DNA of 42,122 nt from a virus. Its lineage: Duplodnaviria; Caudoviricetes. The notes beneath the pieces are model-generated. The model was given only the letters and a program-made list of their open reading frames with translations. It made no database searches and was not told the DNA's origin. This document shows, in pieces, positions 35,467 through 42,122 of the stretch (position 1 is the first letter of the stretch; every line of letters begins with the position of its first letter). Position numbers and translations under genes: made by a program. Location: IMG/VR virus record IMGVR_UViG_3300020042_005733, positions 1-42,122 of that record; one strand, given 5' to 3'.

Positions 35467-35497
35467 AAAAACCCGCCAGGGTTGAGCTGGCGGGTTT
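35465..35497. terminator. Bidirectional intrinsic terminator
   Basis: A7-CCCGCCAG-N7-CTGGCGGG-TTT between convergent genes; the T-tract is longer on the minus strand. Confidence 0.8.
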
Positions 35498-35502
35498 GGG
35501 GG

Positions 35503-35751
35503 TTAAGCAGAGAGCTTGTCTAGATTGAACCAGTGACCATGGTCCCTGGACCATGTGAAGGTGCCGGCCGATGATTGGGTGAAGGCATACTTGCCTTTCT
35601 TCTCATCAAACCACACCGCCGGGTACGTTTTATAGTCAATCCCCAGTTTGGCCAACAGCCTGGAGGCTGCTGCCGCCCGGTCATGCCCTTGTTCAGGGTG
35701 CCCAGGAGCTGGGGGGTCGAGCTCAATCCACACGCGATTGTTCGTGTTCAT
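35503..35751 (-). CDS. Hypothetical protein, monocistronic on the opposite strand
   Basis: Has its own consensus promoter, TAGAAAGTGAGAAAG leader and terminator. Confidence 0.75.
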   Translation of the reverse strand: MNTNNRVWIELDPPAPGHPEQGHDRAAAASRLLAKLGIDYKTYPAVWFDEKKGKYAFTQSSAGTFTWSRDHGHWFNLDKLSA

Positions 35752-35809
35752 ACTTTCTCACTTTCTAAATGTTAAAGAACAGATGTCAACATTTCCAGCT
35801 GACAATTAT

Positions 35810-35838
35810 ATTATACCCTATAACATATCAACTGTCAA
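35810..35838 (-). promoter_or_regulatory. Perfect-consensus sigma70 promoter
   Basis: TTGACA-N17-TATAAT on the minus strand. Confidence 0.85.
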
Positions 35839-35943
35839 CTTGTCAAGTACTTATTTTCTAGGTGTTTACCCTTAGTTAAGCTGTGGATTTATACAGTAGA
35901 AGGGACGTTGGACCACGGACCGAGGGCAAATTACGGGTTTGTA

Positions 35944-36147
35944 TAGACTTTTTTTGGATAAGAGTGTTTTTTTATTTTATTTTTTTGAAATTAGACGTAA
36001 TAGAAGTAATGGTGTAATAGTTTAATGAAATCAATGAGTTATGAGAACACGGTACATTACACATAGTCAATAGATGTAATTTACATAAAATGCGCGCGAG
36101 CTAACTTTTTAAAAAAAATAAAACATACTCTTGTCTAAAAAAGTCTA
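35944..36147. other. AT-rich non-coding locus with inverted repeat, GTAAT repeats and IHF consensus (candidate origin or packaging site)
   Basis: Arms at about 35944-35994 and 36101-36147; AATCAATGAGTTA (36029-41) matches WATCAANNNNTTR. Confidence 0.55.
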
Positions 36148-36219
36148 ACTAAAACCCTGAATTTGACCAAAAACGCCCTTGTAGTTGCGTTAGCTGTGGT
36201 TTTGTTGCACAATGTAGGC

Positions 36220-36438
36220 ATGAACATCGAAAAAAACATTCCCCTCCCGGGTGGCGTTGACCCCCGCGAGCGCTACCCATTTCCTGATATGGCCATTGGC
36301 GACAGTTTCATGATCTTGGATGCCACCTGGATCAAGAACCTGCGCAGCGCTGCCTACATGTACTCACGCAGGCATCCCGGCACCCGATTCACATGCCGAC
36401 GCCATGGTGAAGGCTGGCGACTTTGGCGGGTGGCCTGA
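36220..36438 (+). CDS. Small putative DNA-binding protein (IEKNIPLP...YPF family)
   Basis: IEKNIPLP, YPFPDMAIGDSF, GWRLWRV. Confidence 0.75.
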   Translation: MNIEKNIPLPGGVDPRERYPFPDMAIGDSFMILDATWIKNLRSAAYMYSRRHPGTRFTCRRHGEGWRLWRVA

Positions 36439-37121
36439 TGCCTCGCAAAGGAACCTCCAAGGACGAGAAGTTTTTGGCCGGCAAGAGTTTGGGCGGAAGG
36501 CCTGCGGTTGTCGAATCCAGGGTAACCGGCGTAGTCAAGCCCCACAAGCCAAAAGTCCTGACACCCCAAGAGTGGAAGTTTGTGGAAGAGTTTTGTGCTG
36601 GCGACGGCCACGTCACCTTGAAAGAGGCGGCGATCCGCGCAGGCTACGGTGAGACATGGGCAAAGACCCGGGCCCGAGACCTGACCGACCCCGAGACCTG
36701 CCCCCATATCGTGGCCGCGATCCAAGAGCGAAGGCGCGAGTTGGGCGAAAAGTACGGCACTACGTTTGAGCGGCACATGCGAGACCTGCAGGTTATTCGC
36801 GATCAGGCGCTGCAAGCTGGCGCGTATGGCGCGGCCGTTCAGGCTGAATACCGAAGGGGCCAGGCCCTGGGTTCGATTTACATTGACCGCAAAGAAATTC
36901 GCCACGGCACAATTGACAGCATGAGCAAAGAAGAAGTCATGCGTAAGCTGGAAGAAATCAAACGCTTGTACGGCGGCAACGCCGGGCCCATTGTGGACGT
37001 GACCCCTAAGCAGATCGAGGAAGAACCCGAAGAGGAAGAAGACGATGGCATTGAAACCGGAAGCGAACCTGTACAAGCGGTTAAAAGAGAACCTCCCAAG
37101 TTGCCATTTCACCCGGATTGA
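36438..37121 (+). CDS. Terminase small subunit-like protein
   Basis: LTPQEWKFVEEF...KEAAIRAGY HTH, then AAVQAEYRRG and IDSMSKEEV. Confidence 0.7.
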   Translation: MPRKGTSKDEKFLAGKSLGGRPAVVESRVTGVVKPHKPKVLTPQEWKFVEEFCAGDGHVTLKEAAIRAGYGETWAKTRARDLTDPETCPHIVAAIQERRRELGEKYGTTFERHMRDLQVIRDQALQAGAYGAAVQAEYRRGQALGSIYIDRKEIRHGTIDSMSKEEVMRKLEEIKRLYGGNAGPIVDVTPKQIEEEPEEEEDDGIETGSEPVQAVKREPPKLPFHPD

Positions 37122-37464
37122 GTCCAGGGTAAACCTGGGCATCCCGGACTGCCTGCTGGCATTCCCGCATGGCCTGTTTGTGATGGTCGAGCTCAAGGTG
37201 GTCAAACGCGGCCGCAAGGTAAACCTGTCGCCGCATCAGGTCGCCTTTCACGTTAAGCATGCAGACCTGCGCTGCCCGACGTATATCCTGGTGCAGTACC
37301 AACCGGCCGGGACTACGCACGCGAGCCGGTCCGAGCTACTGCTGTTTTGTGGCGAGCAGGCGATTGACCTGGCTACTCTTGGCGTGGACACTCCCGCGCT
37401 GGCCCGGTGGCCGTGGACGGGCGTGAGCTGGGCCGACCTAAGAAAACATTTAGTAGAGAGTTGA
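37045..37464 (+). CDS. VRR-NUC / Holliday junction resolvase-like PD-(D/E)XK nuclease
   Basis: PEANLY, RIES...GIPD...VELKV...LSPHQVAF. Confidence 0.8.
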   Translation: MALKPEANLYKRLKENLPSCHFTRIESRVNLGIPDCLLAFPHGLFVMVELKVVKRGRKVNLSPHQVAFHVKHADLRCPTYILVQYQPAGTTHASRSELLLFCGEQAIDLATLGVDTPALARWPWTGVSWADLRKHLVES

Positions 37465-37490
37465 CTTGTATGTAAAAGTTGTGCTAGGAT
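37461..37490 (+). promoter_or_regulatory. Putative sigma70 promoter
   Basis: TTGACT-N18-TAGGAT with a TGn extension. Confidence 0.6.
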
Positions 37491-37535
37491 CACAAACACC
37501 TGGATGTCCCAGGCAACCAAGAAAGAGAGAAATTT

Positions 37536-37772
37536 ATGAGTACAAAGACCGAGGTATGGTTTGGCAATATGACCCATGGCACGTTTTACGTTGCGGGCAG
37601 GGATGACGAAGAGCCCTGCGTCATCATTCATAGCATCGACGAAAAGCGGATGATGGACTTAGATAAGGAAGACGTCGACGACCTTATTTGTGGCGGCGGG
37701 TATGACAGCTACCTGGTGCCCAGTGAGTTTGAGGGTGTCGTTGTTTTTTCATCTAATGAGGTGACGCAATGA
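37536..37772 (+). CDS. Small acidic hypothetical protein
   Basis: Follows a promoter-hairpin-leader unit. Confidence 0.65.
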   Translation: MSTKTEVWFGNMTHGTFYVAGRDDEEPCVIIHSIDEKRMMDLDKEDVDDLICGGGYDSYLVPSEFEGVVVFSSNEVTQ

Positions 37773-37963
37773 ACCAGGCTTTTTACGTGCGTTTTTATAA
37801 TCACCCGGGAAACTACCAAGAGCGCTTTGTTTGGGTCGTGCCCGACCGGGCTGCCTTGGACGCTGAGATCGAAGGTTACCTGGACGACATGCGAGGGGCA
37901 AAGCTAGAAGTCGCACGTTTTTTATGTAAGACATCGGACGAGCCCATTGGGATCGACCTTTGA
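37769..37963 (+). CDS. Hypothetical protein
   Basis: ATGA overlap; RBS GAGGTG. Confidence 0.65.
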   Translation: MNQAFYVRFYNHPGNYQERFVWVVPDRAALDAEIEGYLDDMRGAKLEVARFLCKTSDEPIGIDL

Positions 37964-37966
37964 GTT

Positions 37967-38110
37967 ATGCGAAGGCGCGAACGAAAGCGCTTGCGACAGT
38001 TACCAAGGCCGCCACCGTGCCCGGAGCAGCAACGCGCAAACACGCGGGGCTTGATCCGTCGCCTGCTGGGCTTTTGGCTATTCCACAAAGTATTTGGTGG
38101 TGACAGTTGA
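37967..38110 (+). CDS. Possible 47-aa Arg-rich peptide (not in ORF track)
   Basis: MRRRERKRLRQLPRPPP...LLGFWLFHKVFGGDS fills the gap; weak RBS. Confidence 0.4.
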   Translation: MRRRERKRLRQLPRPPPCPEQQRANTRGLIRRLLGFWLFHKVFGGDS

Positions 38111-38136
38111 CAAGTTGATAAAAGTAGATTTATAAT
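38107..38136 (+). promoter_or_regulatory. Sigma70 promoter
   Basis: TTGACA-N18-TATAAT. Confidence 0.8.
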
Positions 38137-38188
38137 TTAATCAGGCCGAGCAATCCGCAAGGCCCTAACCCTAGAAAGAGAGAAAGAA

Positions 38189-38542
38189 ATGGAATTCAAT
38201 ACACTTATGCAGGCCCTTGTAAAAGACATCGCCGAGCAGCTGCGCCCCATGGTGGTCGAGATGGTCCGCGAAGAGCTGGCCAATGCCGAGGGAGACAACG
38301 CCATGGCAGGGATTGCGCATAACATTGACCTGGAAAAATTGGCCGAGCACATCGACATGGAGAATTTGGTAAACGAGCTGACCGATTCGCAGCTGAACGA
38401 CATCGCGGGCGAGATCGACCTGTCCGACCTGGCCGGAGAATTCGACACCGACAAGATCGGCCAGGCGGTAAGGGCTAACGTTGACCTGGACGAAGTGATC
38501 CGCGACTTTTTCCAAAATAACAGTTTTTCAATTCGGGCATAA
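38189..38542 (+). CDS. Highly acidic 117-aa protein with IDxxxL repeats
   Basis: About 26 D/E versus 8 K/R (manual count); first gene after a strong promoter. Confidence 0.75.
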   Translation: MEFNTLMQALVKDIAEQLRPMVVEMVREELANAEGDNAMAGIAHNIDLEKLAEHIDMENLVNELTDSQLNDIAGEIDLSDLAGEFDTDKIGQAVRANVDLDEVIRDFFQNNSFSIRA

Positions 38543-38552
38543 GGCGGCCACC

Positions 38553-38777
38553 ATGAAGACACAGACGAACATCCAAAAAGTGAATCACCTGATGATCATG
38601 AACCCGGGCGGCCCCTTGTCCCAGGCTTTCATCATTGAAGCCGTGCGCCGGTATGCGGCCGAAGTGGTCGACGCGGGACCGCCCGCTGATAACCCCCGGG
38701 CGATCATTAGCCCGGCGGCCTGGCATGCCACGGCTAAAGGGATAGCCGACCAGCTGGACCACTGGCGCGACCAGTGA
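38553..38777 (+). CDS. Hypothetical protein
   Basis: GPLSQAFIIEAVRRYA; in operon. Confidence 0.7.
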   Translation: MKTQTNIQKVNHLMIMNPGGPLSQAFIIEAVRRYAAEVVDAGPPADNPRAIISPAAWHATAKGIADQLDHWRDQ

Positions 38778-38812
38778 CCCGCCCGACCGTTTTTTTTAAC
38801 CCGGAGAAAATA

Positions 38813-39046
38813 ATGAATTCTGAGCTCAAACAGTTGTATATCAATAATCACATCCAAGCCCTGGCCGATGCAAATCATCGCGCAGCGAAAACCATGGAGA
38901 AAATGGGAGGCAGTTTTGCGGCGGCCCTGGCCGTGGCTTATTTCCATGCGGACGGTGACAATAAGGCCCGCATTCTGGGGGCATTTTCGGACCTGTTCGA
39001 AAAGTATCGGCAAATAAACAGCGAAGAGCTGCGCGACCTGGCTTGA
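38813..39046 (+). CDS. Conserved hypothetical phage protein
   Basis: GGSFAAALA.AY.HAD.DN.ARI..AF.DLFEKY; ATG after GGAGA. Confidence 0.7.
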   Translation: MNSELKQLYINNHIQALADANHRAAKTMEKMGGSFAAALAVAYFHADGDNKARILGAFSDLFEKYRQINSEELRDLA

Positions 39047-39065
39047 TCGACCAGGACCCGACAAG

Positions 39066-39090
39066 ACCCGGCCGCGTGCCGGGTTTTTTT
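39066..39090 (+). terminator. Intrinsic terminator
   Basis: ACCCGGC-CGCGT-GCCGGGT followed by T6. Confidence 0.85.
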
Positions 39091-39102
39091 ATCTGCAGGT
39101 AG

Positions 39103-39132
39103 TTGACAAGTTGATAAACACTAGACTAAAAT
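39103..39132 (+). promoter_or_regulatory. Sigma70 promoter
   Basis: TTGACA-N18-TAAAAT. Confidence 0.75.
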
Positions 39133-39186
39133 AAATCCAGGCCATGCAATCGCCCGGCCACCTAGAAAGAAAGAAAGCGAAAAATT

Positions 39187-39876
39187 ATGTTGAAAACCGT
39201 TAAACACTCAGGCAATAAAAAAACTGGGCCGATCGCCGTAACTTATCGCGCCGGTGGCCATAATGTTTTTGCCACCTGCCCGAAAACCTGCGCATTAAAT
39301 CCCCAGGGCGAGCACGCCGCCGACCTGATCGACCTGGATTATCTGCAGGCCGTTCGCCAGGCCGTGCCCCGTAACGGCCAGGCCTGGACCTATTCGCATT
39401 TTCCGGCCGAGCTGCTACCCGTGCCCGCGCCTGGTGAAACCGTAATAAATGCGAGCTGCGACACGATCCCCCAGGCCCTGGCCGCCGTGGCCGTCGGCCG
39501 CCCGGCCGTGGTGGCCGCCCCGTCGGGTACGGTTTGGCCGTACACCGTCGACGGCGTGCGCTTTGTTCAATGCCCGGCCGAGCTGGCCGAAAATTTTAGC
39601 TGCGATCAATGCGGCGGCGGCCGTCCGTTGTGTGCACGCGGCGGCCGTGATTATGTTGTCGTGTTTGTGGCCCATGGTGGCGGCGCGCGCCTGGTCGGCG
39701 ACGATACCCCCGGCGGCTGCTATGGTAATGGCGGCCCGGTCCGCCTGGCCTGGGAGTCGACCAGGAAAACCGGCGACGCCAGCGACGGCGCGGCCGTGGT
39801 TCGCTTTGCCCGTTCGCTCCCGCCTGGTTCGCTGCTACGCCACCACGTGGTCGGCGACCTGGGCCTGGCCAAATAA
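39187..39876 (+). CDS. Cys-rich DUF7227-like (gp88-related) protein
   Basis: SGNKKTGPI, TCPKTC, WTYSH, CPA...SCDQC...LC, FVAHG, GCYG.GGP, RHHVVGD. Confidence 0.65.
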   Translation: MLKTVKHSGNKKTGPIAVTYRAGGHNVFATCPKTCALNPQGEHAADLIDLDYLQAVRQAVPRNGQAWTYSHFPAELLPVPAPGETVINASCDTIPQALAAVAVGRPAVVAAPSGTVWPYTVDGVRFVQCPAELAENFSCDQCGGGRPLCARGGRDYVVVFVAHGGGARLVGDDTPGGCYGNGGPVRLAWESTRKTGDASDGAAVVRFARSLPPGSLLRHHVVGDLGLAK

Positions 39877-39894
39877 AATTTATTTGTTGACTTG

Positions 39895-39924
39895 TTGACA
39901 AACGAAAAAACTTTAGACTAAAAT
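39895..39924 (+). promoter_or_regulatory. Sigma70 promoter
   Basis: TTGACA-N18-TAAAAT. Confidence 0.75.
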
Positions 39925-39976
39925 AAAACCGTCGGGGGATTTTCCCCGGCACTAACCTAGAAAGAGAGAATTTATT

Positions 39977-40999
39977 ATGGCTCACATGATCGACGAAACT
40001 ACCGGCCGCGCCGCTATTGCATACGCTGGACAAACCCCATGGCATGGCCTGGGCCAAGCCCTGACACCTGGGGCCAGTATTGAAACCTGGACGCGCGAGG
40101 CCGGGTTAGCTTATGACGTGCTCGAGAGTCCGGTTAAATATTCCACACCGGCCAGCACCGATTTACAAACCTGGCCAGCGCGCAAAGTATTGCACCGTTC
40201 GGACACCGGCGCGCCCCTGGCCGTCGTGTCGAATGCTTACAACGTGGTTCAACCTGGCCAAGTGATGGACTTTTTTCGGTCCCTGGTCGACCTGGGAGGG
40301 TTCCAGCTTGAAACGGCCGGGGCACTAAGTGACGGCCGCCGGGTTTGGGCCCTGGCCAGCGTGGGCGACGCGGCCCCCGTGGTTAGCTCCGACCTGGTTA
40401 AACCATACTTGTTGCTGGGCACGTCATACGACGGGACCATGGCGACGGTCGCGAAATTTACGGCCATTCGCGTGGTTTGCAATAACACAATCACGGCCGC
40501 CGTCGGTGGCTACAGTAACGGCCGCCCGACCAGGGGCGAAAGCGAAATAAATACCGGCTATTTAAAGTCCGCCGTTCGTGTCCTGCATTCTGAGCGCTTC
40601 GACGCCGACGCCGTCCGCCTGCAGCTGGGGATCGTCGCGAATGCCTGGGAGGGTTTTTTAGTGCAGTCCCGCCAGCTGGCCGGGGCCAGCATGGATCAAG
40701 ATCAGGCCGACGCATTCGTGGCCGAGCTGCTGCGCCCTTATCATTCGAGCGCGCGCCCGGTGAATGAATCGAAAGCATTCGTGCGCATCATGCAATTATT
40801 CAACGGCGCGGCGATCGGTTCGCAGCTGCCCGGCGTGGCCGGCACCCGCTGGGCCATGTTGAACGCGGTGACCGAGCTGGTCGACCACGAGCGCGGCCGC
40901 TCGAATAATACCCGCATGGAATCGGCATGGTTCGGCACCGGTGCAGCGCTTAAGGCGCGGGCCGTCGACCTACTGGCCGACCAGGCCGTGGGGGTTTGA
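39977..40999 (+). CDS. DUF932 / TIGR03299 phage-plasmid protein
   Basis: MAH...PWHGLG, ETAGAL.DGRRVW, TSYDGT, T.IRVVCNNT, GTRW..LNAVTE.VDH, SAWFG.GA.LK. Confidence 0.88.
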   Translation: MAHMIDETTGRAAIAYAGQTPWHGLGQALTPGASIETWTREAGLAYDVLESPVKYSTPASTDLQTWPARKVLHRSDTGAPLAVVSNAYNVVQPGQVMDFFRSLVDLGGFQLETAGALSDGRRVWALASVGDAAPVVSSDLVKPYLLLGTSYDGTMATVAKFTAIRVVCNNTITAAVGGYSNGRPTRGESEINTGYLKSAVRVLHSERFDADAVRLQLGIVANAWEGFLVQSRQLAGASMDQDQADAFVAELLRPYHSSARPVNESKAFVRIMQLFNGAAIGSQLPGVAGTRWAMLNAVTELVDHERGRSNNTRMESAWFGTGAALKARAVDLLADQAVGV

Positions 41000-41004
41000 T
41001 CATG
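40973..41004 (+). repeat. 32-bp gene-junction repeat, copy 1
   Basis: CTGGCCGACCAGGCCGTGGGGGTTTGATCATG; 2 mismatches to the copy at 41619. Confidence 0.8.
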
Positions 41005-41211
41005 CGCGAAATTGAATATACGAAAAAACCCAGCGGCCCGACGCTGCGCGCTGCGATCCGAAAAGCCCTGGCCGCCGGTGAAACCTGGCTGCAATTAACT
41101 TGGGGCGAAAATCAGATAACGGTCGAGCGCGGCCCGTACGGTTTGACCGGCCGGGGTTGGATCGGCCGCCACGGTGGCCAGGACCTGGCGAACGAATTCC
41201 GCACGCGTTAA
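41002..41211 (+). CDS. Hypothetical protein
   Basis: ATG lies in the junction repeat; WGENQI...GWIGR.GG. Confidence 0.65.
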   Translation: MREIEYTKKPSGPTLRAAIRKALAAGETWLQLTWGENQITVERGPYGLTGRGWIGRHGGQDLANEFRTR

Positions 41212-41230
41212 CCCGGCGCTTGTTTATTTG

Positions 41231-41260
41231 TTGCATACAGTGGATTTTTTAGACTAAAAT
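41231..41260 (+). promoter_or_regulatory. Putative sigma70 promoter
   Basis: TTGCAT-N18-TAAAAT; shares TAGACTAAAATAAA with the promoters at 39103 and 39895. Confidence 0.65.
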
Positions 41261-41309
41261 AAAATCCCCGGCCACGGTGGCCGGGGCTAACCCTAGAAAG
41301 TGAGAAATT

Positions 41310-41645
41310 ATGAGCACGAAAATTTTCGACCTGCGCGACCTGGACATGGCCAGCGCTTATGACTGGTCACAATGCGAGGCGATCCGCCACGGCGACGTGA
41401 TGCTGGTGGCCGACGGTGTCGCGATCATGTGCGAGGCCTGGCCGACCATGGTCGCCGGTGCGTCGTCCGTGTTTCACCGTGTCGCCGACGGCGTGACCTG
41501 GGAGCGCTTCGCCCTGGATTGTCCGCGCCCTGGCATGGCTGCGCAGCTGCTGGCCGGTGTCGCCGTCGCCGGTCGCCCGGTCGCCGACCTGGTGGCTGCC
41601 GCCGTTACTTATTCCGAGCTGGCCGACCTGGCCGAGGGGGTTTGA
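41310..41645 (+). CDS. Hypothetical protein
   Basis: Follows a promoter-hairpin-leader unit; AYD.SQC...I..GDV...AWP. Confidence 0.7.
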   Translation: MSTKIFDLRDLDMASAYDWSQCEAIRHGDVMLVADGVAIMCEAWPTMVAGASSVFHRVADGVTWERFALDCPRPGMAAQLLAGVAVAGRPVADLVAAAVTYSELADLAEGV

Positions 41646-41650
41646 TCATG
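41619..41650 (+). repeat. 32-bp gene-junction repeat, copy 2
   Basis: CTGGCCGACCTGGCCGAGGGGGTTTGATCATG. Confidence 0.8.
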
Positions 41651-42122
41651 AGCTGCTTTGTTGTTTCCGATTATCACGTGTCCGCCCTGGTCGCCTGGGC
41701 TATTCGCCAGGGCCTGGACCTGGACGCATCGCCCGACGCCGTCGCGCATGAGCTGGCCAGCGCGAACCGTGCCGCCTATGGTGAGCGCTACCAGGGCCGT
41801 TACGATAGCGAGCTGGCACCGTTCGGTGGCCTGGACCGGTCCGCCGGTGCCGAGCTGCTGCCGGTGGCCATTGTCAAGGCCTGCGATTGCCTAGACTATC
41901 AGGCCAGCGACTGGTCGCGCTGGGACGATAGCGACGCGTTCGGGTATATGGTCGCGATCCGTCGCGCTGCCGTCGCCCTGGCCGATCCGGACGGCGTGGC
42001 CACCAGTGGCCGAGCGCTGCCTGGTTATGACGCCGCGCCCTGGTGCCTGGACGAACCCGAACCGGTCGACCAGGCCGCCGAGCGCGACCGTCGCCTGGCG
42101 TCGCTGGATTATCCCGAGCATG
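41648..42122 (+). CDS. Conserved hypothetical phage protein, 3'-truncated (not in ORF track)
   Basis: MSCFVVSDYHVSALV...KACDCLDYQ...LPGYDAAPW; open to the window end. Confidence 0.75.
   Translation, partial: MSCFVVSDYHVSALVAWAIRQGLDLDASPDAVAHELASANRAAYGERYQGRYDSELAPFGGLDRSAGAELLPVAIVKACDCLDYQASDWSRWDDSDAFGYMVAIRRAAVALADPDGVATSGRALPGYDAAPWCLDEPEPVDQAAERDRRLASLDYPEH

Noticed and set aside
36354-37217. 287-aa minus-strand ORF
   Set aside because: Antisense to three well-supported plus-strand genes; no motifs.
37461-41310. CRISPR array or integron attC array
   Set aside because: The repeats are promoter and leader elements separated by whole genes; no attC core sites or integrase seen.
41557-42121. 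ORF-track calls 41557-41751, 41658-41894 and 41891-42121(-)
   Set aside because: Better explained by the plus-strand ORF starting at 41648 that runs off the window.

Overview
The whole window is a fragment of a tailed dsDNA bacteriophage, probably podovirus-like, with a Gram-negative host implied by the spanin pair. No capsid, portal, large terminase, integrase, RNA polymerase, tRNA or CRISPR array is visible. (1) 1-6223: tail fibre and receptor-binding genes (Thr/Gly repeats, Gly-rich + LamG + SPRY), with an endonuclease VII/HNH gene inserted at the 3' end of a tail gene. (2) 6223-8252: membrane and lysis cassette (holin-like gene, Rz with embedded Rz1, peptidase M15 endolysin). (3) 8277-20711: small basic proteins, a tail/stabilisation protein and four large internal virion (DNA ejection-like) proteins. 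(4) 20683-29821: replication and recombination genes (PD-(D/E)XK exonuclease and SNF2 helicase on the minus strand; SSB-like protein, AEP-type primase, UvrD-like helicase and a Leu762-type PolA on the plus strand). (5) 29941-35751: many small accessory ORFs. (6) 35880-37464: an AT-rich non-coding locus with a long inverted repeat, GTAAT repeats and an IHF consensus site, followed by terminase-small-subunit-like and resolvase-like genes. (7) 37461-end: a GC-rich early region built from repeated units of sigma70 promoter (18-nt spacer), hairpin and TAGAAAG leader, carrying DUF932, a DUF7227-like gene and an acidic protein. Family names come from motif recognition only; no database search was run.
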